Below are positions 39,129 through 49,570 of a stretch of DNA of 64,000 bases, one piece after another. Below the pieces are notes generated by a model. It had not been told where the DNA came from. It saw nothing but the letters and a program-made list of their open reading frames with translations, and searched no databases. The position numbers and the translations under genes are program-made. How positions within the stretch are numbered: the first letter of the stretch is position 1; the number at the start of each line of letters is the position of its first letter. The DNA is taken from IMG/VR virus record IMGVR_UViG_3300047554_000255, positions 47,221 to 111,220 of that record. One strand, given 5' to 3'. Source of the DNA: a virus.

Positions 39129-42100
39129 TTAGTTGTTAGTTAATTGTTCTACTAATGCTTCTAGTCTTGTAATCTTTATGTTTTGTTCTTTTATAGCTTC
39201 TGCTAATACTGATACAATTTGAGCATATTCTACGTTGTACTCATCAATCTCTTCTGCATATCTAACTGCTTCAGGTAATACTTGTTCTAGTTCTTGAGCA
39301 ATAAACCCAACTCTCTTACTTTTAGCTTCATCACTAATATAGTTAAAGTATACACCTCTCATGTTAAGTACTTTATCTAAAGCTCCAGTAATACTTGATA
39401 TGTTTTCTTTTGCTCTTCTATCAGACCAAGTAGTCCATCCATATTGAGACGAACCATATTTAACACAACGGAAACCATCACCTGAATATGTATTATCCGT
39501 TCCTATACCCCAACAGTTATTACCTCTATTAAAGAAAAGTTGCCAAGCCCAGTCATCGTTATTATAAAACCCAAAATTACCTGAGCTATCTTGCATAAGA
39601 ATAACTCTATAGTTATTCATTATTGCATATCCTGCGTGACCTCCTGTATTTGTTCCATAAGTAGCTATTGTTCCATACGATGTATTATATCCAGCTGCCC
39701 TAATCCCTTGACCTTGATTATCCTGATACCATCCTGTATTTCCTCCTGATGAATAAACCCAACCGTCGGAATAAAGATACTCACCTTGAACCTTTCTTGC
39801 TGACTGAAAAGAACCATCATTATTACACCAAGCTCCCCATCCATCTGAACTATTTAAAAATCCAATACGATTGGAATTACAGTGAATGCGCCTTTGTGTT
39901 TCATCTGTATCCCCCATCCATATATTACTAGATGTCTGCCCATATCCTACAATAAGATTACCGTGAATATGAGTAGTTTTTGAGCCATCTATTCTAAGTG
40001 CCCAGTTTCTATCAGAAGTTAATATACCAACTTGATTACCAGTATCAGCATATATATATCCTCTAGCAACAGCATCAGATGTAGTTAATCTCAATCCGAT
40101 ATTACTTGTTCCTGACCTTAAAAAAATATCATTCGCATTTTCAGGATATATATGCCAACCAGTGTTAGACCAGTATATACCATTGTTGTTAGTATGGTTT
40201 CTAAACCAGCCACCTGTTGTATATATATCATTTGACCTAAAAGAACCTGTTGCAGTCGCTATACCTTCATAATCTACTCTAAATCTAACTTCTGGTAAAT
40301 CAGAACCTGCACCAGATGTACCTGTTCCAGATTTAATAGCCACAACAAAATCCGAGCGTTCTGAACCTGGGGTATCTCTATAGTATCCGCCTAACCATAT
40401 ATGAGGAGCAACATCATATGCTGTACTCCCACTATAGTTCATAAGACCGTTAATTGCAATACCTGCATAAAATAATCCAGCTCCTGTTCTTGTACTATAT
40501 GGTCCTAAAACAATATTATGACAGTTACCATTTATTACTGATTCACCATTAGTCCAAGAAGAAATTCTTAATCTACCCCCAGCATTGTTAGCTGCTTGTA
40601 CTTGACCATTACTTAAATTTACTCGATAAGCTCTAGTCTGACCATCTCCATCAAAAAAATAAGTCCTATCATTATTATCGTAAAAGATAGTTCCATACAT
40701 AGCTCCACCAGACTCAATGTAGTTTGGAGCATACATATAGGTACCTGCAATAATACCATCTCTAGCTTTTATATTTCCTGATATTGCTGCCAAGAATGAG
40801 CCATTTTCCATTACTAGCAAACCGTGCGTATTTAGGTTGCCAGCGACACCTCCTGCATTAGGATGTGACCAAGCTAAACCATATAAACTTCCAGTAGAAG
40901 AACCATTTAATGGGAGCTTATAAGCATCCCCCATAGCAAAAATACCTTGATAAACAGTTGATGAATAAGCTCCTACTATTGTAGAACCATAGTTATTATT
41001 AAGATATAGATGCTGATTAATAAAAACATTATCACCCGCATCCCATCGTAGATTCCATCCTCCATTCTGTGATTGATGCGAGCCTCTACCTAGTCTCCAA
41101 TCGTTTGTACCAAAGTTATTCATTAACCCCCAGTATTGTCCGCCATTATTCATAGCAAAACCACCGTTGTTGTTGTACCCATTTGCAACAAATGAATACC
41201 CGGCATTTACAGATGTGGTTCCAGTTAATGTGCCTCCCGATAAAGGAAGAGCGTACGATGAATAATTAGCAGAAGACAACATAGTTAACCAGTTGCCCCA
41301 ACTGCCTGAATAACCTTGTCTGAAATACAATGTACCATTACCAGATGTGCCGTAAGTACCCTGTAATTGCCACATAGTATCCGACGCTGCCATATGAAGC
41401 AATGGAGCGTATGTTACAGCAGCACCAGAACCGTTTTCATTCCTAAGTACGCAAGAATACCCTCTGCTAAGACTAACGGTGCCTGTTCCGAGGAAATCTG
41501 CATTCAAGCCAGCTACTGTTTGCCCTCCAATATTTCCTGCATCAATTACATCATAAAACGTACTACCGCTTCTTCTTTGCTTAAATACTCCTTCAGCCCA
41601 TCCGTTACCATTTGAATTAAGATAAATAGAACCGTTAGTAATTAATCTATAACTAGTATTAATATCTTGACCTATACCTATATAATCTGCATAGATTCCA
41701 TTTACACGAGATGTGCTTGCAAAGTTTCCGTAATAACCAGTGTCATTTATATCATAAAATATTGGAGCCCGCATATCGCCTGCGGCATAAACTGTAGAGG
41801 CAGAATATATATACCCATTATAGTTAGATATCATTGCAGCAATATTGCTGCCAGCAATATATCCTGTCCAACCAGATGGCATAGCTATACCAGAGCTGCC
41901 ACCCATAAACATTAATTCTGCACCAACAGTAGTATAACTTCCAATAGTTTGACCAGATTGACTTCCTCTATTAAACCAAAATAACCCCCATTGTTTTGCG
42001 TTTTCTTTCCATAGCCAGTTATTATTTTCCGATGCATTAGATTCAAGTATAACTGCTCCATCTGTGTTGTTTACAATAGAGCCAGTCATTGTTCCTCCTG

Positions 42101-42800
42101 ACAAAGGAAGCGCGTAAGAAGTTAAAGCAGATGATGTAATATAACCAGAAGGATTACTAGAGTTATAAGGAGTATAACCTAAAGCACCAGTAACCATACC
42201 AGATGTAATACCTGTTATATAGCCACTTGGATTTGATGAATTATATGGAGTGTAACCAAGTGCGCCAGTAACCATTGCACTTGTAATTCCGCTAATATAT
42301 CCACTTGGATTTGTTGCATTGTAAGGAGTAAAACCTAATGCACCTGTTACATCACCTGAAGTTAATGTAATAGCTCCAGTTCTAGTATTAAACGATGTAA
42401 CACCTGATGCAATAGTCCAAGCTCTATCAGCACTTAAATCATAAGCAGTGCCGTTGATAGTTATTGTTCTTGACTGAGGTACTTTAGTCCCTATTGATGT
42501 AGTAATAGTAGTAGCAAAGTTTGGATCATTACCCAAAGCTGTTGCTAACTCGTTTAATGTATTAAGAGTAGTAGGTGCTGATGCAACAAGGTCTGCTATT
42601 GCAGTTTCAACAGATGAAGCTGTAGCGTAAGATAAAGACCCTACATACGCACGTATCCAAGCAGTAGTGGCAACTTTTGTTGAGTTGTCAGTACTATCTG
42701 GTGTAGGCAATGATAAACCAGCTGGAAGCGTTACTGCTCCAGTAGTATGATCATATTGAAATATGTTAAGTATATGGGAGGTCTTCCTTTGTTTGTTCAT
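39129..42800 (-). CDS. Long tail fibre / receptor-binding protein with C-terminal S74 chaperone
   Basis: APTTLNTLNELATALGNDPNFATT fibre motif, LPLSGGT repeats, and C-terminal WSDRRAKENI...GFIAQELEQVLPEAV. Confidence 0.85.
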   Translation of the reverse strand: MNKQRKTSHILNIFQYDHTTGAVTLPAGLSLPTPDSTDNSTKVATTAWIRAYVGSLSYATASSVETAIADLVASAPTTLNTLNELATALGNDPNFATTITTSIGTKVPQSRTITINGTAYDLSADRAWTIASGVTSFNTRTGAITLTSGDVTGALGFTPYNATNPSGYISGITSAMVTGALGYTPYNSSNPSGYITGITSGMVTGALGYTPYNSSNPSGYITSSALTSYALPLSGGTMTGSIVNNTDGAVILESNASENNNWLWKENAKQWGLFWFNRGSQSGQTIGSYTTVGAELMFMGGSSGIAMPSGWTGYIAGSNIAAMISNYNGYIYSASTVYAAGDMRAPIFYDINDTGYYGNFASTSRVNGIYADYIGIGQDINTSYRLITNGSIYLNSNGNGWAEGVFKQRRSGSTFYDVIDAGNIGGQTVAGLNADFLGTGTVSLSRGYSCVLRNENGSGAAVTYAPLLHMAASDTMWQLQGTYGTSGNGTLYFRQGYSGSWGNWLTMLSSANYSSYALPLSGGTLTGTTSVNAGYSFVANGYNNNGGFAMNNGGQYWGLMNNFGTNDWRLGRGSHQSQNGGWNLRWDAGDNVFINQHLYLNNNYGSTIVGAYSSTVYQGIFAMGDAYKLPLNGSSTGSLYGLAWSHPNAGGVAGNLNTHGLLVMENGSFLAAISGNIKARDGIIAGTYMYAPNYIESGGAMYGTIFYDNNDRTYFFDGDGQTRAYRVNLSNGQVQAANNAGGRLRISSWTNGESVINGNCHNIVLGPYSTRTGAGLFYAGIAINGLMNYSGSTAYDVAPHIWLGGYYRDTPGSERSDFVVAIKSGTGTSGAGSDLPEVRFRVDYEGIATATGSFRSNDIYTTGGWFRNHTNNNGIYWSNTGWHIYPENANDIFLRSGTSNIGLRLTTSDAVARGYIYADTGNQVGILTSDRNWALRIDGSKTTHIHGNLIVGYGQTSSNIWMGDTDETQRRIHCNSNRIGFLNSSDGWGAWCNNDGSFQSARKVQGEYLYSDGWVYSSGGNTGWYQDNQGQGIRAAGYNTSYGTIATYGTNTGGHAGYAIMNNYRVILMQDSSGNFGFYNNDDWAWQLFFNRGNNCWGIGTDNTYSGDGFRCVKYGSSQYGWTTWSDRRAKENISSITGALDKVLNMRGVYFNYISDEAKSKRVGFIAQELEQVLPEAVRYAEEIDEYNVEYAQIVSVLAEAIKEQNIKITRLEALVEQLTNN

Positions 42801-42856
42801 AACCTACTCTTATCTATTTATGTAATCTTATTTTTATACTATGCGTATAGTACAAG

Positions 42857-43204
42857 TTAACTAAAAACTTCCCAGTCATCAAGAACATAGTTGTAAATAT
42901 ATTCTTGTCCATCATCTGGTTTTGGAGGATATGACCATAAACAAGTCTCCTCATCAAATGTAAATCTAGGACTAGGTTGTGGAAAATAAAAGGCATCTCT
43001 TACTCTATCATAAAACATACCAACACCAGCAAAGTTCTTTCTTAGTGGTGTTCCTCCTAATCTATGTTGTCCTCCGTAAGTATTGTAAGATGTTTGTATC
43101 CATCTTGAGGGATCTCCTACAGCACCTGAGTCAATAAAATCTTGTTCAGCAACTATTACGTTAACAACTATATCATCTTTATCTACTAATGCAAAATGTG
43201 ACAT
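42857..43204 (-). CDS. Conserved small phage protein accompanying the glycine-rich adhesin
   Basis: MSHFALVD...WIQTSYN...RKNFAGVG, a type I recall next to glycine-rich tail genes. Confidence 0.55.
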   Translation of the reverse strand: MSHFALVDKDDIVVNVIVAEQDFIDSGAVGDPSRWIQTSYNTYGGQHRLGGTPLRKNFAGVGMFYDRVRDAFYFPQPSPRFTFDEETCLWSYPPKPDDGQEYIYNYVLDDWEVFS

Positions 43205-43205
43205 A

Positions 43206-44171
43206 TTATAATAAGTATCTTATTAAAACTATTCCTGATCCACCTGAGCCACCTGTGTTATTTCCCTGAGTTCCTCCTCCTCCACCACCAGTATTTGCTC
43301 CACCATTACCAGGTGTTAAGCCAGGTACACCACCATTACCTCCACCACCAACACCACCTAATACTGTACCGTAGCAAGTTCCGTAGTAGTTATTTGTTCC
43401 AGGTTCACCACCACCTCCTCCTCCACCTGCATAATAGGTAGAGCTACCGTTTAACCAAGTATGTGATTTTCCTGGACCACCATTACCTCCTCTACGTCCA
43501 TATGGACTACAAGTATAACCAACAGAACCAGCACCATTGGCTCCACCGCCACCACCACCTCCGTGTTGTACACCATCAGTTGCTTCACCACCAGCACCGC
43601 CACCGTTTCCTCCTTGACTACCATAACCTCCCCAGCTCCAGTTTGAGTGACCACCACCGCAACCACCATTTGCTTGAGCCTGAGCCTGGTTTTGATATGG
43701 ACCATAGATAGCTGATCTACCACCACCTTCGGCAGTTACACTTGCACCACCACCACTAACAGTTGTATCACTACCTTTTGTATCAACTCCTCCACCACTA
43801 CCAATAACAATTGTAACGTTACCACTAATGGTTGGATTAGAAGCAACCCAGCCGCCGCCTCCTCCGCCACCACCTGATTGAGTGCTACCATTACCACCCC
43901 CACCTCCGCCAGCAACAGCAATAATCTCCATTGCCTTTGTTCCATTAACAGTTAATGTACCGGAAGATGTAAATACGTGTACCCGATATCCTGCGTAATC
44001 TGTTACTGATCCACCACTTGCACTAAATGAAGAGTATCCATAGAACTCACTCATAGCATCAGGTGTACCTTTACCTGCTGCAGCACTAAGTGTTCTTAGC
44101 GAGTATGAACCAGATCCTAACTCAGCTCTGATTTGATTAATACTAATAGCTCCTGATGATTGTAACGGCAT
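43206..44171 (-). CDS. Glycine-rich fibre-tip adhesin-like protein
   Basis: N-terminal MPLQSSGAISINQIRAELG...MSEFYG, then many poly-Gly blocks ending GGSGIVLIRY. Immediately downstream of an S74 fibre gene. Confidence 0.65.
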   Translation of the reverse strand: MPLQSSGAISINQIRAELGSGSYSLRTLSAAAGKGTPDAMSEFYGYSSFSASGGSVTDYAGYRVHVFTSSGTLTVNGTKAMEIIAVAGGGGGGNGSTQSGGGGGGGGWVASNPTISGNVTIVIGSGGGVDTKGSDTTVSGGGASVTAEGGGRSAIYGPYQNQAQAQANGGCGGGHSNWSWGGYGSQGGNGGGAGGEATDGVQHGGGGGGGANGAGSVGYTCSPYGRRGGNGGPGKSHTWLNGSSTYYAGGGGGGGEPGTNNYYGTCYGTVLGGVGGGGNGGVPGLTPGNGGANTGGGGGGTQGNNTGGSGGSGIVLIRYLL

Positions 44172-44172
44172 C

Positions 44173-47100
44173 TTAGAATCCTTTCATTGTTTTTACAATA
44201 GCAACTAACTCATCTATCTGAGCTTTTTGTTCTGTGATTTGAGCTTGTTGTTCTTTTATACCTTCTATAAGTAAAGGTACTATTCGTTCATATTTAATAG
44301 TAAGATAGTTTTCACCACTACGACTAATACCGTTACCATCTTGATCATGACCATCTAAATCAAAAGGGGCAATCGTAACTACTTCTGGTAAAACATTCTT
44401 TACTTCTTGTGCAATAAGACCTACATGAATCTTATTAGGATTTTCTTTTAATAGTTCTTGTCCTAGACCGTTATGTTTATAAGTATAACCAGTTAGTGTT
44501 AATATTTTAGCTACTGCATTCTCTATAGGATTTAGCTCATGCTTTAATCTTCCATCTGAGTAATATGCTGTAATATCACCTGTAGCATAAATCCTTCCGC
44601 TACCATAATTGCCACCTGAAGCTTGAAAACCAATTAATGAGGAGCCGTTAATAATCTGATGATGCCAAGTTGCACTGTCTGCACAGTTCCATAAAGGTCC
44701 ATATGACTCAGTTAATCTAACACCTGTAGTATTATCAAAAGAAGCTCCTGATCCACCTAAAACTAAAGCAGAACCACCAATTAGGTTATAACCCCCTCCT
44801 GCAGTACTATATATTCTATATGCTGTTACACCTCCACTTTCTACAGTTAATCTTTCAGAACCACCACCGTAAATAGAAGTTTTAGTTATGTTACTACTAC
44901 CACCTAAAATAAATCTGGTACCGCTTTGGTATCTCATTACCTCTGCTTTATTTGGACCAGAATACATAAACATGGCATGGTCGCGATTATTAGCTGCACT
45001 ACCTAATATTAATTGATCATCTTGACCTGATTGAGCAACGTGTAATGCAGCTTCTGGAGATGCAATCCCAAATCCGATTCTACCATTTGCTAAAAATGTA
45101 GCTTTTACTGAATACGTTGTTCCATCATATGAACCTATGGTTTGTCTTCCTGCTCCTGCATATCCACCTACACCATAAGGGAAGTAAACAGAATGTTCAT
45201 AAGCATTACCTCCCATATCTGTTCCTAATCCCATCCATGCATCAGGATTAGCATCTAGACCATATGTTTGGATTCTAACTCCACCTGTTCCACCTCTAAC
45301 TTCTAGTCCTGGTGTATTACTTGCAGTCCCCTTATAAGCTCGTACAAATCCACCACTAGTAATACTAGTACTAAATCTACCTGTACCGTTTACATCAAAT
45401 CTATAACCTGAATCTGTTGTTGTTCCAACCAGTACATTACCTCCTGGAGCAAAACACATTGCCTCAATATTTCCACTTTCATCTTTAATGGTTAATCTAC
45501 CACCTGTTGATGTTGCACCTCCATATATGCCCCAAAACCTAGCGGCCCCTTCAAAATAAATAACTCCATTAGCCCCTGTACTTTTTAGTCTAATTGTCTG
45601 GTCTGAGGAACCGAGTATATCTATCTTATATATTGGGGCATTATTACCTAAACCGAGGTTACCTGCATTTGTAATACGTGCTCCTTCAGTAAAGCTAGAC
45701 GTTGTGCTTTTACCAAATGTAATACCACCTGTAGATGTACCTGATGCCCCAGAATGTATTCTTAACTCGGAATCTTGAACTTGTATACCATATCTATCAC
45801 CACTACCTGTAGTTGTATGATAAAAGTCAATCTTATTACCTGTAACATTTGAAAAAGCTAATAATCCAGTTAATGTTCCTCCGCCTATTGGTAATGCATA
45901 AGAACTAACATTGGCAGCATGAAGTACAGTATTACCATTCCATGTTATACCTGTTCTAGTAATTCGCGCTACTTCTGCATAGTTTCCTGTTTGTGCTGTT
46001 TTAAAAAACCATCCTGTAGTATCGTTAGCTTCTGCATATTCTACTAAACAAGTTTGGTGACCAGCTGTAAATGTAGGAGATGCATCAGTACCACCAATCA
46101 TTGCTCTAAAAACAATTAAGTGGTTGCTATTATCATAACCTGAAAATATACCATAAGTATTTACACCACCTGTCCTAGCAATAATTCTAGCATTAGTTAC
46201 GGTTAATGTATTATTAATTGATACAGCATCACTTGTAACAGCTCCTCTAGATGTTACACTAGCTAATGTATCAGTCTCTGTATAAGAACTTATATAACCG
46301 TTTGGATTCGTACTATTATAAGGAGTATATCCTAACGCTCCTGTAACATCTCCTGACGTTAAGGTGATTGCACCAGTTCGTGTATTAAAGCTCGTTACAC
46401 CCGCAGCAATGGACCAAGATCTATCTGCTGAAAGATCATAGGCTGTACCATTGATTGTAATAGTTCTAGTCTGTGGTACTTTTGTACCAATACTAGTTGC
46501 TATTGTTGTTGCAAAGTTAGGATCATTACCTAATGCAGTTGCAAGTTCATTAAGAGTATCAAGTGTTGTTGGAGCAGAAGCTACTAAGTTTGATATTGCA
46601 GTGTTTACATATCCTTGTGTAGCATAAGAGTTCGCTATTAGATATGCGCTAACGCGAGCATCTGTATAATAAAGATTTGTACCTTCAACAATATTTGTTG
46701 TTGATGCAGCAATCTTAGTCCATAAACCAGTTGATGCGACATACTTAATCATGTCACCATCTGATGCATTTTTTACAGAAAGATCGTGTAGCTCATCTAA
46801 CTCAAAACCGTTTTGTACTTTGACAAAGATCTCACCATTGTTGGATTGTACACGTGTAACAACACCAATAAATACTAAGTGAGCAGGAGCTGTTGGTTTA
46901 TTAGCTAAACCAAAGATAAGATTGCCGTTTATACCTAACCATACTGGATCCCCAGCATTAGCAGTTGATGTATCTAAACCAGCAAGTAAACCTTCTGTTA
47001 CAACGAATACTTCGTCATTTGCTGCACCACCAGTCTTTAGAAGACCTAGTGTCTTTGATGATGTACCTTCTGAAGCATTAGATGCTTTTGATACAATCAT

Positions 47101-47919
47101 GTTTGTACCAGAGCCACCTGTAGAGCCAGATACATAAACAGCTGTACCAGCAGTCATTGCAACACTAAGTTTTACATAATGCTGTACCTGACTAGTATAG
47201 TTATCTATCCAAGTTGTATCATAACTAGTTGCACTTGCTTTTGCAAGAATCTGACCAGCTAAACCATTTGCAGGAACAAGACCTTGATAGTTGGGAATAT
47301 TAAATACGCCTGTAAGATTATCATACGTTGCTGCACCAGATACTCCAGTTGTTGTTAAAGAGATTGCAGTGCGAACTCTTGCTGGAGTATAATAAAGATT
47401 AACTGTACCTTCTGGAAGACTATCAGTAGTAGCAACAGAACCTTCGCCAATAGGAGATGTAATAATAACATCAATAATATCACCAGCTATTGCAGGATCA
47501 GCTAAGGTAACAGTACTTCCGTTTGTTGCAGTTGTTTGTCCTGGTGATAGATATACACCATTAAGAAAGACATCGATAAGCCCAGGAGTATATCCGTTTG
47601 CAATAGTGAATATACTTTGACCTTCTGTTGCAGTAAATGTCTGAGTTGACTTTAAAGATACTGATCCGCCTGATACTGATAGAACACCAGTAAGTGCATC
47701 GATAGCTAAACCTGTACCTACTTTTATACCACCAAGAACGGTAGAAGAAGCAATAGGTAATGTGTATGGTTGCACAAATGATCTTACCCATGCAGTTGTT
47801 GCAAAGTTAGTAGAGTTATCATTTGATGCTGGAGTCTGACCTGTTGCACTACTGTTGAATACAGCAGCACCATCAACAATCAGACCAGCTTTAGCTAGTA
47901 TGTCAGACAAAAATCTCAT
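44173..47919 (-). CDS. Long tail fibre with C-terminal S74 chaperone (1248 aa)
   Basis: YTLPIASSTVLGGIKVG, EGTNLYYT repeats, APTTLDTLNELATALGNDPNF, and C-terminal YYSDGRLK...GLIAQEV...YERIVPLLIEGIKE. Confidence 0.85.
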   Translation of the reverse strand: MRFLSDILAKAGLIVDGAAVFNSSATGQTPASNDNSTNFATTAWVRSFVQPYTLPIASSTVLGGIKVGTGLAIDALTGVLSVSGGSVSLKSTQTFTATEGQSIFTIANGYTPGLIDVFLNGVYLSPGQTTATNGSTVTLADPAIAGDIIDVIITSPIGEGSVATTDSLPEGTVNLYYTPARVRTAISLTTTGVSGAATYDNLTGVFNIPNYQGLVPANGLAGQILAKASATSYDTTWIDNYTSQVQHYVKLSVAMTAGTAVYVSGSTGGSGTNMIVSKASNASEGTSSKTLGLLKTGGAANDEVFVVTEGLLAGLDTSTANAGDPVWLGINGNLIFGLANKPTAPAHLVFIGVVTRVQSNNGEIFVKVQNGFELDELHDLSVKNASDGDMIKYVASTGLWTKIAASTTNIVEGTNLYYTDARVSAYLIANSYATQGYVNTAISNLVASAPTTLDTLNELATALGNDPNFATTIATSIGTKVPQTRTITINGTAYDLSADRSWSIAAGVTSFNTRTGAITLTSGDVTGALGYTPYNSTNPNGYISSYTETDTLASVTSRGAVTSDAVSINNTLTVTNARIIARTGGVNTYGIFSGYDNSNHLIVFRAMIGGTDASPTFTAGHQTCLVEYAEANDTTGWFFKTAQTGNYAEVARITRTGITWNGNTVLHAANVSSYALPIGGGTLTGLLAFSNVTGNKIDFYHTTTGSGDRYGIQVQDSELRIHSGASGTSTGGITFGKSTTSSFTEGARITNAGNLGLGNNAPIYKIDILGSSDQTIRLKSTGANGVIYFEGAARFWGIYGGATSTGGRLTIKDESGNIEAMCFAPGGNVLVGTTTDSGYRFDVNGTGRFSTSITSGGFVRAYKGTASNTPGLEVRGGTGGVRIQTYGLDANPDAWMGLGTDMGGNAYEHSVYFPYGVGGYAGAGRQTIGSYDGTTYSVKATFLANGRIGFGIASPEAALHVAQSGQDDQLILGSAANNRDHAMFMYSGPNKAEVMRYQSGTRFILGGSSNITKTSIYGGGSERLTVESGGVTAYRIYSTAGGGYNLIGGSALVLGGSGASFDNTTGVRLTESYGPLWNCADSATWHHQIINGSSLIGFQASGGNYGSGRIYATGDITAYYSDGRLKHELNPIENAVAKILTLTGYTYKHNGLGQELLKENPNKIHVGLIAQEVKNVLPEVVTIAPFDLDGHDQDGNGISRSGENYLTIKYERIVPLLIEGIKEQQAQITEQKAQIDELVAIVKTMKGF

Positions 47920-47927
47920 TAAGTATA

Positions 47928-49034
47928 TTATTTCTTGATAACTACACGATACGCATTAGAAGCTGGAGCAACTGCAAAGTTTACAGTAACAACACTTGTT
48001 GATGTTAATACAACATCAGTAATAACTTCTTCGTATGTAGCATTATCATATATTGCAACAATAACGTCTCTTGTACCCAATCCATGAGTCAAAGCAAATG
48101 AAGTGCTTGTTGTATCTCCAACGTTTGCTGCATATCCTCCTGTACGGTTATCTAATAAAGTCTTTAGCTTTAAAGGAGTAACAATACGTTGATCATCTGT
48201 ACCAGCATCTGTTTCAGCTTGTGTCGCAATCTCAGCTAAACCTAAAGCTGATTCAGTCGCTTGATCACGGTTAACCTCTAACTGGATCCAATCTGCTGCA
48301 GATGATGTTGAAGCAGAATTAGTTTTAGCAATAATAACATCACCAATATTAAAAGCAACTCCTCCTGTTGTACCAGCAGTAGTTACATACCAGTAGTCAC
48401 CAGCTTTTGTACCAGCAACTGGAGCGGAACCAACAGGAAAAGATCCTGATGAAGCATCCCAACCACCTTCTAAGTTTCCTAGTCCTCCAATGGTGCTATC
48501 AATATAGCTTTTAATTGCAGCAGAAGTTGCAAGCGATGTGCTAGTTGCATTATCTAAATCATCAACAACTGTTACTTCTTCTACATTACCCGTAGCACCT
48601 GACATGTTACCTAGAACACGTAGATTTGCTATCTGAGCAATCTTATCGAGTGTAACAGCATTACCGTTAATCTTAACTGTTGTTACTGCACTATTAGCTA
48701 ATTTACCTGTTGTGATACCAAGGTCTTTAACACGAAGAGCATCGTTATCGATCTCGATAGTTGCATTGTCAACGTTGATATCAAGCGTAATGACATCTCC
48801 ATTAGCTGAAGTCGTTGCAGTTAAACCAGCACCTCCTAAAACGTCTTGAATGTCACCTGACATATCAACCCAAGTAGTACCATCCCAGAAGAACATTCTA
48901 AGAACACTTGGAGTAGTATCAAAATAGATCTGACCAACAACAGGATTTGCTATTGGACCAGCGTTATTGTGTACTGCAACGTTTAGTATCTGATTTTTTA
49001 CAAGATCCAGATTGGTTAAAAACTTCTTTGCCAT
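47928..49034 (-). CDS. Proximal tail fibre / fibre-adaptor protein
   Basis: ITTGKLANSAVTTVKI repeats and EIATQAETDAGTDDQRIVTPLKL fibre repeat, with a C-terminal THGLGT beta domain. Confidence 0.65.
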   Translation of the reverse strand: MAKKFLTNLDLVKNQILNVAVHNNAGPIANPVVGQIYFDTTPSVLRMFFWDGTTWVDMSGDIQDVLGGAGLTATTSANGDVITLDINVDNATIEIDNDALRVKDLGITTGKLANSAVTTVKINGNAVTLDKIAQIANLRVLGNMSGATGNVEEVTVVDDLDNATSTSLATSAAIKSYIDSTIGGLGNLEGGWDASSGSFPVGSAPVAGTKAGDYWYVTTAGTTGGVAFNIGDVIIAKTNSASTSSAADWIQLEVNRDQATESALGLAEIATQAETDAGTDDQRIVTPLKLKTLLDNRTGGYAANVGDTTSTSFALTHGLGTRDVIVAIYDNATYEEVITDVVLTSTSVVTVNFAVAPASNAYRVVIKK

Positions 49035-49042
49035 GATTAATA

Positions 49043-49570
49043 TTAGTTAAGGTAAGCTTCACCACTAAAGGCAGCTGTAAATCTTATTGTTAATGAGTTT
49101 AAGTCAGTATATGAAACATCTCCAATGACTTCTGTCTTTGTTGCGTCAACAACTGTAACAGAAGGATAACAGTTTAAGTCATGGATAATATTCCATTCTG
49201 TTGCTGCAACAGCTTGAACATGTATGTGCTTAAACTTTATAGAACTAGATACCGCAGTATTATCTCTCTTTGTTATAGTTAGAAGTAAGTTCTCATTATT
49301 AGAACTAAGACTAACACTTGCAATAGTTGAGTTATAAGCTTGTGCAAGCATTGATAACTCTGCATCTGTAAGACCTATTCGTTGCCAAGCATTGCCATCC
49401 CAACCATAAAAACTAGCTACTGTTGTATCGTAAACTACAATACCTTTATCATTAGAGTTATAACCATTACCAAGAGTAGTTCTTTCTGCTGTTGTTACAG
49501 GATGTAACCTAGCATTAAGTAACTGATTCTTGTTAAGATCAATGTCGTAATAATATACTGAAGCACCCAT
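49043..49570 (-). CDS. Tail fibre adaptor-like protein
   Basis: N-terminal DLNKNQL motif shared with the 368-aa gene; C-terminal W-x-I-x-H-x-L domain shared with the 199-aa gene. Confidence 0.5.
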   Translation of the reverse strand: MGASVYYYDIDLNKNQLLNARLHPVTTAERTTLGNGYNSNDKGIVVYDTTVASFYGWDGNAWQRIGLTDAELSMLAQAYNSTIASVSLSSNNENLLLTITKRDNTAVSSSIKFKHIHVQAVAATEWNIIHDLNCYPSVTVVDATKTEVIGDVSYTDLNSLTIRFTAAFSGEAYLN

